DNA of 19,652 nucleotides, from positions 114,177,148-114,196,799 of the forward strand of contig JANKJI020000002.1 in assembly GCA_024626585.2 (NCBI GenBank). The letters run 5' to 3'. This document shows positions 1-9,459 of the stretch, piece after piece. The stretch comes from Ginkgo biloba. Lineage: Eukaryota > Plantae > Ginkgophyta. The first letter of the stretch is position 1. Each line of letters begins with the position of its first letter. Under the pieces are notes generated by a model. That model saw only the letters and a program-made list of their open reading frames with translations, was not told the DNA's origin and ran no database searches. The translations under genes were made by a program, and so were the position numbers.

Positions 1-459
1 TTGATAGTCCCATTGACTGCTTTTGGTCACTAGTGCACATTAACACATTTTCATTTCATTTCATGTACAAAGACATCACTTGCAGAGTTGCTTGATGGAA
101 GTAGCATCTTAGTTGCAGGCTTCTCTCCAAAGTTGTAGAAAACATGTTAAAAAACAAACGTCAACGTGCCTATCATTACAACTCCCTATTATGTGCCTTG
201 TAAATTACCCTTTGCTAGAAGAACAGATATATCGACAAGTTATTGCTTCAAGTCGGCTTAAGGATTACAAATAACAATTTCTAGAAGACGTAACAATAGG
301 TTGATGGTCGCAACACCCAATGAAACACATCAGTCATCCAGAAGAATGCATACGCTGTGAGTTGAAATCATTATATGATGATTGCAATCATTGTAACTCT
401 GATTGTCAGCTCAAATAGGAAGTTTTTTAATATATCCTTATAGTTAAAACATAAGATGG

Positions 460-1320
460 AAAGTTGTAATAATGATTATTTAAAGGAAAAGGTGTAATTA
501 ATGTTGACCAAAGGGAAGCAAGTGGGGTTGTGCAAGATGCAGAGCCAGCCATTAGCAATGGGTTAGCATCACATTCATGACGAAAACATTCATTAATTAC
601 ACATCCATTCATTGATAAATAGAAGAATAACACACGTGGGGTACAATCCTTATTTATTATTCATGTTTACACAACACATGATTGCAAATTCCAAAGGGAG
701 GCCTCTCACACCTAACCCTAGACACTTGCAATAAGCTCTCACATCTTGCACCTGATTTCTCTCTCCCATTTAAAATGATTTGGCCTTCATAAATGCTAAT
801 CGTCATGACTTTCCACATTAAATGTCATAACCCTACGTGTAACTCTTCATTTAATATTCTTTAATACATCATCATGGTTGATTCAATGCACTTATAATTA
901 GTCTCATTTAATGTGCCATTATTCTTCATTAGTTGCACCATCATTTTTGCATTAAATGCATCTTGTACAACCTTGTTAAATATGCCATCATTGTTGCAAT
1001 AAATGTGTCTTGTATACCCTTATTAAATGCATTACCATTACTGCATTCAATGTGCCAAATCTGTTATAAATGCATCTCTGTCATGTTGACATCAACAATT
1101 GTATAGTCTATTCCATTATCACAATGCTTATGTCAATATTCAGATTGCTTGCATCATCGTGTAAGCTACTTGCATCATCATTATGTGGTTTTCTACGTAA
1201 TTCTTTATCTTGCCACACTATTATTTGACTACCATGCCATGTCATTGTGCTGTTGTTTCCATGTCCAATTATCCTCCTAACATTTCACTAGACACTACTA
1301 TCTTAAGTGCCCTCACTAAA
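460..1320 (-). mobile_element. Putative 3' LTR fragment with adjacent polypurine tract (Tat/Ogre-like Ty3/gypsy); left boundary approximate
   Basis: The minus strand reads TTTAGTGAGGGC (1320-1309) then a short spacer and GTAGTG (1298-1293), which resembles a PPT followed by a TGTAGTG-type LTR start. The same motif recurs at 5055-5079. The interior is non-coding with short degenerate repeats. Confidence 0.35.
938..1031. repeat. Degenerate 47-bp tandem duplication within a (T)TAAATG-rich tract
   Basis: ccatcatttttgcattaaatgcatcttgtacaaccttgttaaatatg (938-984) aligns with ccatcattgttgcaataaatgtgtcttgtatacccttattaaatgca (985-1031). Confidence 0.75.
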
Positions 1321-1717
1321 GCAAGATGAGCAAAAAGCTTTTGAAGTTGTAAGGNNNNNNNNNNAGTTCAGGCATTGGGCTAGGGTAATTGGCTATCAAC
1401 CTACCTCCTTACCTACGAACAAGACTAGGCCACTCGTAACACACCTCGTCTTACTATTCTTCAAAAAGAGAATGTTGTATTGCTCCTAGCCAAATTGGGA
1501 TCAAGTTGGCCCCTGCCTTAATGCACGGTAGGTCGCTAATCATCACAAAATGATAAACAAGAAGGTACTCTTTTGTTTTTATGTTTTTCTAATTTTTATG
1601 ATCTTTCAATCATTTTCAACTTTTTATGGATTTACAATGCTTTTCATCTTTATATGGATTTTGTTGTATATGGTACAAGGGTGTCACTACGAAGGTGCTC
1701 AAACCTAATAAAACTAT

Positions 1718-2104
1718 CATTGCACTAATTTAGTGAAACACCAAAGTTTCACTAACATAAAAACTTGTGAAACATATTTAACAAACAATAGTGAAACGTA
1801 GGTGCAAAACATACATTCAACATATAACTTTAAAATCTAGAGAATAAAGGTGCCCAATATTTATATTAAATTTTCTATTGTAGATTTAATTGTTTTATGA
1901 AAGATTAATAAATTATCAAATTTAATACTAGACAAATATCAAAATTTTTAAATGACATAACAAATTTTATATTTTGGATTTCAAAAGCAATAAATTCCAA
2001 AGTTGAAATAAATGTGAAACGTTTCACATGCGAAATGTTTCTCTAAGAACAAAACCGCAAGAAATAAGAAACAACTGTTTTGAAATAGTTTCAGTGCTAC
2101 TATG
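1718..2104. mobile_element. Candidate non-autonomous DNA transposon (hAT/MITE-like)
   Basis: Imperfect terminal inverted repeats CATTGCACT (1718) and AGTGCTACTATG (2093-2104). GAAAC/GTTTC motifs cluster near both ends around a very AT-rich core. Perfect 18-bp palindrome ATGTGAAACGTTTCACAT at 2012-2029. No clean TSD seen. Confidence 0.45.
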
Positions 2105-2663
2105 ACGACAGCTAATTATTGGGGAAGTGGGTATATTGTGAGATGATAGGAGCAACATAGTATGTATCTTAAACCTTATCTCTACAAGTGGTCTAACTTC
2201 ATTGAAACTGTAGAAAATGGATGCAGCAGCCTTATTTTAGGATGCCATATGCATCTGTGAGTGAATTGAATGTGGGGTGTCATAGATGAGGAAATAAGAA
2301 TGAAAAGTGAATTTGGTTGTCAATAATGTTTGTTGGCTAATGTAATTGTACTTTTTCTTGGCAATTGGTAGTTGTTGAACAGGGTGAAAAGACTTTGGAG
2401 ATGCCAGGATTNNNNNNNNNNNNNNNNNNNNNNNNNNNNNNNNNNNNNNNNNNNNNNNNNNNNNNNNNNNNNNNNNNNNNNNNNNNNNNNNNNNNNNNNN
2501 NNNNNNNNNNNNNNNNNNNNNNNNNNNNNNNNNNNNNNNNNNNNNNNNNNNNNNNNNNNNNNNNNNNNNNNNNNNNNNNNNNNNNNNNNNNNNNNNNNNN
2601 NNNNNNNNNNNNNNNNNNNNNNNNNNNNNNNNNNNNNNNNNNNNNNNNNNNNNNNNNNNNNNN

Positions 2664-2750
2664 NTAGTCGTGTCTTCATTAGAAAGTTCACTACTACTGT
2701 CTAGATTATAATTCCTTCCTTGTCTCGTTGGCACTCATCGTCCTTTACCA
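2664..2750 (-). pseudogene. Possible start of Ty3/gypsy gag preceded by a degenerate tRNA-Met PBS
   Basis: The minus strand reads ...CTTCA-A-TGGTAAAGGACG (7/12 match to TGGTATCAGAGC), then a frame PTRQGRNYNL resembling gag N-termini. It is cut by the gap at 2663. Confidence 0.35.
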
Positions 2751-2751
2751 T

Positions 2752-3237
2752 TGAAGTGGGAATGACATGTGTTATGATCATGTTATAACATGCATATTGA
2801 TTGAGCTCATATGCTCCTTGCAACCAATTGACAATTAAACAAGTTGAATCATCTCCATAGATATTGTTACCAATTTCAATCTCTCCCTCACAATTGGGTT
2901 CATAAGCCTTAGCTTATGTGGTTTCTACAATGCAATGGTAGCTCAACTCAAACTATGAGTTGGTGGTGGATTCCAAGGATATGGTCGTGCTTGAGGCTCT
3001 GTTCTCGAAAATATTCCCTTGATGAATTCCTAAAGAAGTTTTGTAGTGAAAAGAATTTCTAGAATCTCACTAATTTTTGTAATGGTTGATCCATTGTAGC
3101 CACTAGTAATACCACCAATGTCCCATCTTGATGTAATGTAAAAGTCCAATACCACCAATCATGTAATGCCTTAATCTCATGTAACTAGTCTTAGCCTTAT
3201 AGGGCAAGGTATTACTTACACCTGAGAGTCATCTTCA
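2752..3237 (-). mobile_element. Candidate 486-bp 5' LTR
   Basis: Bounded by the 5-bp inverted termini TGAAG (2752) and CTTCA (3233-3237), and lies 1 nt from the degenerate PBS. Confidence 0.35.
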
Positions 3238-3594
3238 ACATGGAAAATGTTATAGCCCAGTCAACCCTAGTCAAAGGGGAGTCAAACTTAGTCAAAGCTA
3301 GGTCTAAGGAAGGGTTTGACTCAAAGAAAGTCCTAAATAAGCCTATGAGAGGCAAACGGCATTTAATGACAAAGGAAAAGGTCAAAAAAGAGCTTAATTG
3401 GGAGTTAATCATGCTTATCTTAAAGTTAGAAGCAAATTTGGATGGCGGGACCCTTAAAAAGGTCAAAAAGAGGTCATTCGACTAACTTAGCCTACACTAA
3501 ACCTTAAGCACCCTCCTTAAAGTACAATGTCAATATTGAAGAGGCATGAGCCTACTCTGAGAGCCGACCCAAAGTACATGTGTCCCTTCGGGAT

Positions 3595-3603
3595 CTATAA
3601 ATA
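3595..3603 (+). promoter_or_regulatory. LTR TATA box
   Basis: CTATAAATA followed by AGG. The related LTR has CTATATAAGG at 5986-5995, and both are followed about 25 nt later by tctcatcatt. Confidence 0.5.
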
Positions 3604-3790
3604 AGGGTGTACGACCTCCTCTTTCTCATCATTTTTGTAGCATCTTGATTACTGCTGACCGTACACCTTCAGTTGTCTGCACAACAAACCGTATTGCTTC
3701 CTTTGAACCATGTTTGACTGCCATTAATGCTGTTGCAATGGTATCTATCTATTGTAGACCGTACAATTCTCTTAATGATTGTACAACCGA

Positions 3791-4062
3791 TTGTTTGACT
3801 GAATATTCCCTGTTGTTGACTAGAATATTCCCTACCATTTTGACTGGAATCTTCTTTGTTGTTTGACCGAATATTCCTTATTGTTAATCAAAATATTCCC
3901 TACAATTTTGATCGGAATCTTGTTTGTTGTTTGACTGAATATTCCTCATTGTTTGATTGAATTTTTTTTATTATTGATTGAATATTCTCTGCGTTTATTG
4001 GTCGAATATTCTTGGGATCTTTGATTGGAATATTCCTTATCTTTGACTGAATATTCCTTGCC
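3791..4062. repeat. Minisatellite of about 12 copies of ~22-23 bp (consensus about TTGTTTGACTGAATATTCCTTA) with a 68-bp higher-order period
   Basis: Exact GAATATTC at 3801, 3823, 3869, 3937, 3980, 4004, 4028 and 4049. The block starting at 3825 recurs at 3893 (offset 68). Confidence 0.9.
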
Positions 4063-4790
4063 TTGCAATCCTTACCGTTGCAATTATACATTTGCCTGCA
4101 AACTGTACCACAAGTACTGACCATGCAGGTACTTTCAAAGATCTTTTCATGGAGGATNNNNNNNNNNNNNNNNNNNNNNNNNNNNNNNNNNNNNNNNNNN
4201 NNNNNNNNNNNNNNNNNNNNNNNNNNNNNNNNNNNNNNNNNNNNNNNNNNNNNNNNNGGAATATTATTCTCTTTACTTGTGAATTGTTATTTTTCTCTAT
4301 ATTATTTGGTAGCTACCCACTTTGGGCCCTACAAATTTGTTGGTACAGGTTGTACCTCACTAATTATAGGTCGTACAACCCTGTTCAGACCATACAGTAC
4401 TGTTGCCTGACCATACATCCTTGTCAAAGGTCGTACTTTTGTCCCTTTTCTACTACAAAATTGTCACATTGTCTTCCTTGACCAGACGGTTGTGATTTCC
4501 TCCAACCGACTGCATTGATATCTCCCTGTCCCTGAAAACAACGTTGTTGCATTTATTGCATTTGTACTCACTGTTATTGTATTAGTGACACCGAGTTTTC
4601 CAACTACCAAAAGGAAACAAAGGGAGAATTGCGGAAGGGATCAAGAGGTCATCAAACTCACCGGACGGTTGCACATTCTGAGGTATGATTATTTTATGAT
4701 TGACATTATCACTGTGATGTTATTGATCTATGCTTTAGATTTCTATTAGTCTATGTATGCCACCGATCTAGATATTAAATAGACACTACA

Positions 4791-5079
4791 CTGTCTACAT
4801 GAATGCTTGGGTTCTAAATGGTAAACCCTGTTACTGTGGCATATGCATTGCATAGTACACTATGGGGACTAAGATATATATATATATTCGAGCTAGGGAT
4901 TGTACTAGCATGGCCTTGCCCTGATGGCATTGATGTGGACTGCAATTCCTTAGGCCTGATAGCTAGGAGGAAGGGGCTAACAACCCATGGTACTCCTGGG
5001 ACGAGCACGGAAGTTGTATTGGTGTGCCACAATCCAAATGACCAATATAATAGTCACTACTATATCTAGCCCTCACTAA
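4791..5079 (-). mobile_element. Putative PPT plus 3' LTR fragment, same junction type as 1293-1320
   Basis: The forward strand cactactatatctagccctcactaa (5055-5079) matches cactactatcttaagtgccctcactaa (1293-1319). Includes (AT)7 at 4874-4887. Confidence 0.35.
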
Positions 5080-5328
5080 GTCAATGATTCACCTAGAGAT
5101 CCAACAACATTGATAGTAACAATGATTCAAATATCATTTTCTATGTCAATCGCAAAAGCAATACCAATTCCAACACCAATAATTGTGACAAAGTCTGAAG
5201 CGATANNNNNNNNNNNNNNNNNNNNNNNNNNNNNNNNNNNNNNNNNNNNNNNNNNNNNNNNNNNNNNNNNNNNNNNNNNNNNNNNNNNNNGTTCACTACA
5301 ATTTCAACAAGATGGTTACCCTTTGTCA

Positions 5329-5540
5329 TTAAGGGGCGAGATGTTGATACGCAATTTGCATGATTAAGACATGCACAATTAAGAATTGCACATTAGGACT
5401 TTCACAAGAAAGACTTGTACTTGGACAAGCATGTAAGACTGACATGAATGGGCTAACCAATAGTTGGATGGTTATTGTTAATGTAACTAAGATGGAGGGT
5501 GCCTTGGCATTATATGAGAACCTTCCTCTATGATGTAAGG
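5329..5540 (+). mobile_element. Copia-like PPT and start of 3' LTR, apparently interrupted by another LTR at ~5540
   Basis: TTAAGGGGCGAGA followed by TGTTG at 5342, resembling the Ty1/copia AAGGGGGAG(A)-TGTTG junction. Confidence 0.4.
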
Positions 5541-6229
5541 TAGTAGTGGACAAGCCTAGTGTTACACAACCTAGTCAACCCTCGTCCAAGCCTAGTCAAA
5601 CTTGGTCAAAGGTCAGTTAAAGTTGGTCAACAAGTTTTAAAGTTGGTCAACAAGTTTTAAAAAGCCTAAGGGAAGTCAACAGGTAGAGAAAAGGCCATAG
5701 ACGATGAAGAAGAGCCTCATAAGGCCTAGCGACTATTATCTACTAAGAAAACCCTTACGAAAGACCTAAAAATCAATAATTGTATGTTAGTGCTAAGTTT
5801 ATTAGTCAACGTGTATAATGGGACCCTCAAAAGGCGCTTAAGGAGCTTTAAGAAGGGTCGAAACCTACCTCAGGCTAAGATCCCCTTCTCTTAAGCCCAA
5901 ATTGTCCCTTAGCTTAAGGCGTGAAGGCAGAAAACACGTTTTTAATGTCAACCAACCTTAGAAGTTGGCCCTATAGCACCTAAGACTATATAAGGATGTC
6001 AAAGGGGGTTAGTTACTCTCATCATTCCTCAATTTTCTATGTCCTTCCACTTGGAGAAAGCATCTTCTTCTCGAGGTTGATTTTCTACATCCTGCTTGCT
6101 GAAGGTTGTCCTATCAAGTTGCATTTATTGCCATCTTGTTGTCCTAGACTAGGTCGAAGGCTAATTACTACTTCTTAGCGACTTTTCTAAGGCTTCTTTG
6201 GAAGAAGAAGTCCTCCTTGTTGTCCTTGT
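5540..6229 (+). mobile_element. LTR 5' part (U3/R), related to 3245-3640, cut by a gap
   Basis: Starts near GTAGTG. Shares ctagtcaaccct..agtcaaactt.gtcaaag, gggaccct.aaaa, the TATA box (5986-5993) and tctcatcatt in the same order as the first LTR. Confidence 0.55.
5621..5660. repeat. Exact 20-bp tandem duplication
   Basis: AGTTGGTCAACAAGTTTTAA twice. Confidence 0.95.
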
Positions 6230-6329
6230 NNNNNNNNNNNNNNNNNNNNNNNNNNNNNNNNNNNNNNNNNNNNNNNNNNNNNNNNNNNNNNNNNNNNNNN
6301 NNNNNNNNNNNNNNNNNNNNNNNNNNNNN

Positions 6330-6665
6330 CTATTTAATATAATTCTTTATGATAGGTAATATACTACTAAACAATGTTAGAGTATGACTCAAAATGAAAA
6401 GAAAATGGTCCACCCATCTATGTGATGACTTTCCTAATGGCATGTATTGATGCATCTACCTCTATCATGAATGCCAATTATAGGTTTAGAATGCCCAAAT
6501 ATGGTGTTGTAATAGTTTTTTAATTAAAATGGTTGAAATCATCCTGTTATTATTGATCCCATAAGAAGGATTACTTTACCTTCATAAAAACATATACAGG
6601 TGATGTAATCTCTATGAAATCCCTCACAAATTTCCTATTTTATTTTTTCAAATCTCTTAACCTAC
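6330..6665 (-). pseudogene. Decayed Ty3/gypsy pol: RT connection and RNase H
   Basis: Manual translation RKFVRDFIEITSPVYVFMKVK*SFLWDQ**QDDFNHFN*KTITTPYLGILNL*LAFMIEVDASIHAIRKVIT*MGGPFSFHFESYSNIV**YITYHKELY matches the gypsy pattern RKFI..FS.IASPL..L....F.W...F..LK....P.L.LP....F..E.DAS..A.GAVL.Q.G.P..Y.S.....NY.TY.KEL. Confidence 0.9.
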
Positions 6666-6667
6666 AA

Positions 6668-7480
6668 CTAATGGGCAAGTGAAAGGTTCATTCTCAAATT
6701 GCAGAACCATCCATGACAAGAAGATTGGCAAGGAAGGCGAAAAACTATTTTCTGGTAGAAATATTTCGGAAGTGTTGTTGGAAGCACCGTTTCTCTAGAA
6801 GCGAAAGGGAGGCAGAGGCTTTACATATCAAGGTTGATATATAGAATCATACTAAAGGTGGGTCCCAAAATTTGATTACCCAAGTAGGTGTAAGAAGAAA
6901 CATGTCCACTAGTTACCCTGTAAATGAGAAATGCAATTGTGATAGGGTCTCCCTAGATGTGTTAAATACCATAACCTTGGTCTTGCCAAGGTTCACCTCG
7001 AGGCATCCATTGTCACAAAATGAGGCAAGAGCATCAAACTATCTCTAAAGCCCCTCTGGAGTGGAGGATAGAAGAACAAGTTCATCAACAAAAAGGAGGA
7101 TGCCACATCAACTACCTAATCTCTAAAAGTGAAGTTGCGAGGCAATATTTGTGGATGTGTTGAAGGCCATAACCTTGGTCTTGCTAGGGTTCACCTCAAG
7201 ACATCCGTTGTCAAAAAATGAGGCAATAGCATCCAATTGCCTCTAGAGCCCCTTTTGAGTGGAGGATAAAAGAACAAGAATTAGGATATCATGGAGGAAA
7301 CATCCATCCTTTGCCTATGTAACTTCTTAAATATGTTGCTCGAGCTCATGAATAAGCAAGACAAACAATGTGGGTGAGAGAGGGCATTTCTGTTTGACCC
7401 TAATCATACTCTAGATGTCTCTGCAGAATCAGTCTACAATACAAACTCAAGCGACAACTTGCCCATATCTTGGATATTGG
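6668..7480 (-). mobile_element. Decayed non-LTR retrotransposon (LINE) reverse transcriptase, RTE/RTEX-like
   Basis: Minus-strand motifs in order: IRVKQKCPLSPTLF (GVKQGCPLSP), ILLFVDELVLLSSTPEGL*R*FDAL (LLFADD..L...GLQ), VNLGKTKVMVFN, TYLG and MDGSAI* (LYGSEIW). Multiple stops and frameshifts. Confidence 0.9.
6956..7278. repeat. Direct duplication of 125 bp (6956-7080 and 7154-7278) within the LINE RT
   Basis: Ungapped alignment, offset 198, 18 mismatches in 125 bp by hand count (about 86% identity). Confidence 0.95.
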
Positions 7481-7701
7481 CATCATTTAGTTTGTGTTCA
7501 AAAACAAGCACCCAAGTTTGAGATTCGCTACGCACCCTAGGGAGAAAGTTGCTCAAAAGAGAAAAATGTTGGGAAGTGTGTTGCAGAGAGCCCTATTGAT
7601 TTTAAATGGGAAAACCAACTACCATTTTTTAAGGTGGTCATAATNNNNNNNNNNNNNNNNNNNNNNNNNNNNNNNNNNNNNNNNNNNNNNNNNNNNNNNT
7701 A

Positions 7702-8541
7702 CTTGTCAAGAATTTGGTGGACAAAATGAAGGACCCCAATCTAGGTTTTACTGTGGAAACAAGGCAAGCTCGAGCAAAGGCACACAAGGCCAAAGACAAA
7801 ATCATATTCGTTCAATAACTTAAAGATATTTGGATGAAGGATGTGGATCTGCACTCACACCATTACCAAAAGTTTATTAAGAATTATGATAAGGAAATAC
7901 CCCCCGAATAGAAGAAATTGTTCCCAAATTTTGGTGCAATGGGTCTTGATGGTGGTCAAGGACCAAAAGGATATCTTTCACCTAAAATATGAGATGGTTA
8001 AAGTTGAAGTGGCCAAGAAGGTAGCAAAGAAAGAGTTGGCCAACATGCAAATATGTTTCAACAAGTTCAACAAATAATTCAGCAAAACAAAACACATGTT
8101 GAAAGATATTCATCAAGTCACACCTGAGAACTCACCTACATGTGTGCTAGTCATAATGTGAAAATCCCGAGGCTTTAAAAACATAGATTCCATCCACCAA
8201 AATTCAACTTGGATACAAAATATCAATGATTGGGCCTTTGGGCCAACAAATCTACAATCTTAGTAATGAGAAAATCTCCAAGGAACTTAAGGTGATAACG
8301 CAACACTTATTGAAAATTTTACCTTTTATCAAGCATAGGTAATCCGAAATATAGTGTCCTGGCAAAGTGGGTGGGCTTCAAATTCAAATTAGATAATACT
8401 CTAAGGCAACATTTCCTTGCAATTAATAATCCTTGAGAAAACAAGTGCTTAAACTCCCTCCAATTGGGTCTAAGCATGGATATCGACCCCTCCATATATG
8501 GGTCTCTACCATGGCTCAAGCATTGTGAAGATATGTGCTAA
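7702..8541 (+). pseudogene. Decayed ORF of unknown family, possibly a retrotransposon accessory or coiled-coil ORF
   Basis: Protein-like reading LVKNLVDKMKDPNLGFTVETRQARAKAHKAKDKIIFVQ*LKDIWMKD...KYEMVKVEVAKKVAKKELANMQICFNKFNK*FSKTKHMLKD... with sparse stops and a few frameshifts. No motif recognised. Confidence 0.45.
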
Positions 8542-8859
8542 TCTGAGTTACCAAGATCCACCCCGAGGGTCCCATATCTTGTATCTACTCCCATTCCCAT
8601 TTCCTAGTAACTTAGACTAAATATTTATAATTATTACTATTTATTATATACTTTTATAATATTAGTATATGCATACTCAATTCNNNNNNNNNNNNNNNNN
8701 NNNNNNNNNNNNNNNNNNNNNNNNNNNNNNNNNNNNNNNNNNNNNNNNNNNNNNNNNNNNNNNNNNNNNNNNNNNNNNNNNNNTTCCCCACTTGAATGTG
8801 TTACTTCTTATATTTGCAAATGAAATCGTTGATACACCATGCAAGTTGGATTTTTTTCA

Positions 8860-9285
8860 TGCCAGCTTTTCCATTTTATACAAAGAGACCCATTTGGGGT
8901 TAGTTGTTGCAAAGCCTTGCAATGTGACCACTCTATCAATATACCAAAACTTTATGTATAACATGTTGAAATTAGTTCGATTTCTTCTAGTGTCACCAAC
9001 CATTGAATAGCAAAATGATATCAAAACCTCCTACTAGGACTACAAAGAAATCAATTTACAAAACAAAGTCTCCTATTTGCAACTTGAAAATTTTACATGT
9101 ACAGTTCACCTGTACCTTTAATCCATTAGCCATCATTAGTTGATAATTTATAGTTCCAATAATAGGTAAGGCAAGCCTTTCTACCACTCTCCTATCCATG
9201 AAATCTCCTATCAATGAAGATTTGGGAACTTCCATAAGCCATCATTATTATTGTCTTTTCCTTCTTGGCAAATCCTTGCAACTAT
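8860..9285 (-). pseudogene. Retroviral-type aspartic protease (RVP_2-like), catalytic motif degenerate
   Basis: LQGFAKKEKTIIMMAYGSSQIFIDRR..VVERLAL...LMMANG...KLQIGDFVL*IDFFVVLVGGFDIIL/IQWLVTL...VTLQG. D[ST]G is replaced by AYG, and there is a ~16-bp micro-duplication at FIDRR/FMDRR. Confidence 0.85.
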
Positions 9286-9459
9286 TATTGTCATGTTACA
9301 CCATTCCTATAGCAATTAATAATCACATTTTAAAATGAAAGTTAACCCCTTCTATGGTAGGGTCTTCATTGTCCATTTCCCCAACACTTTGACTTCCTCA
9401 TAAGTCATCATTTTCTTGTGAATCTTACAACATTAGAATCGTATGTGCCTGCATTCTAG

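Larger units (their letters stand above)
3245..4790 (+). mobile_element. Long LTR (Tat/Ogre-like), spanning a 100-N gap; 5' end approximate or truncated
   Basis: U3-like RGTCAA repeats, TATA box CTATAAATA at 3595-3603 followed by ctctttctcatcatt, an internal tandem array, and a CACTACA end at 4784-4790. The 5' part is colinear with 5570-6030. Confidence 0.55.

Noticed and set aside
320-418. 32-aa Cys-rich ORF MKHISHPEECIRCELKSLYDDCNHCNSDCQLK with two CxxC
   Set aside because: Very short, with an in-frame stop just upstream, no recognised family and no supporting signals. Consistent with chance.
2237-2734. ORFs of 100-165 aa, and other X-containing ORFs in the track
   Set aside because: Length comes from N-gaps.
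3791-4062. CRISPR-like array
   Set aside because: Units are head-to-tail and degenerate with no unique spacers, there are no cas genes, and the context is a eukaryotic LTR.
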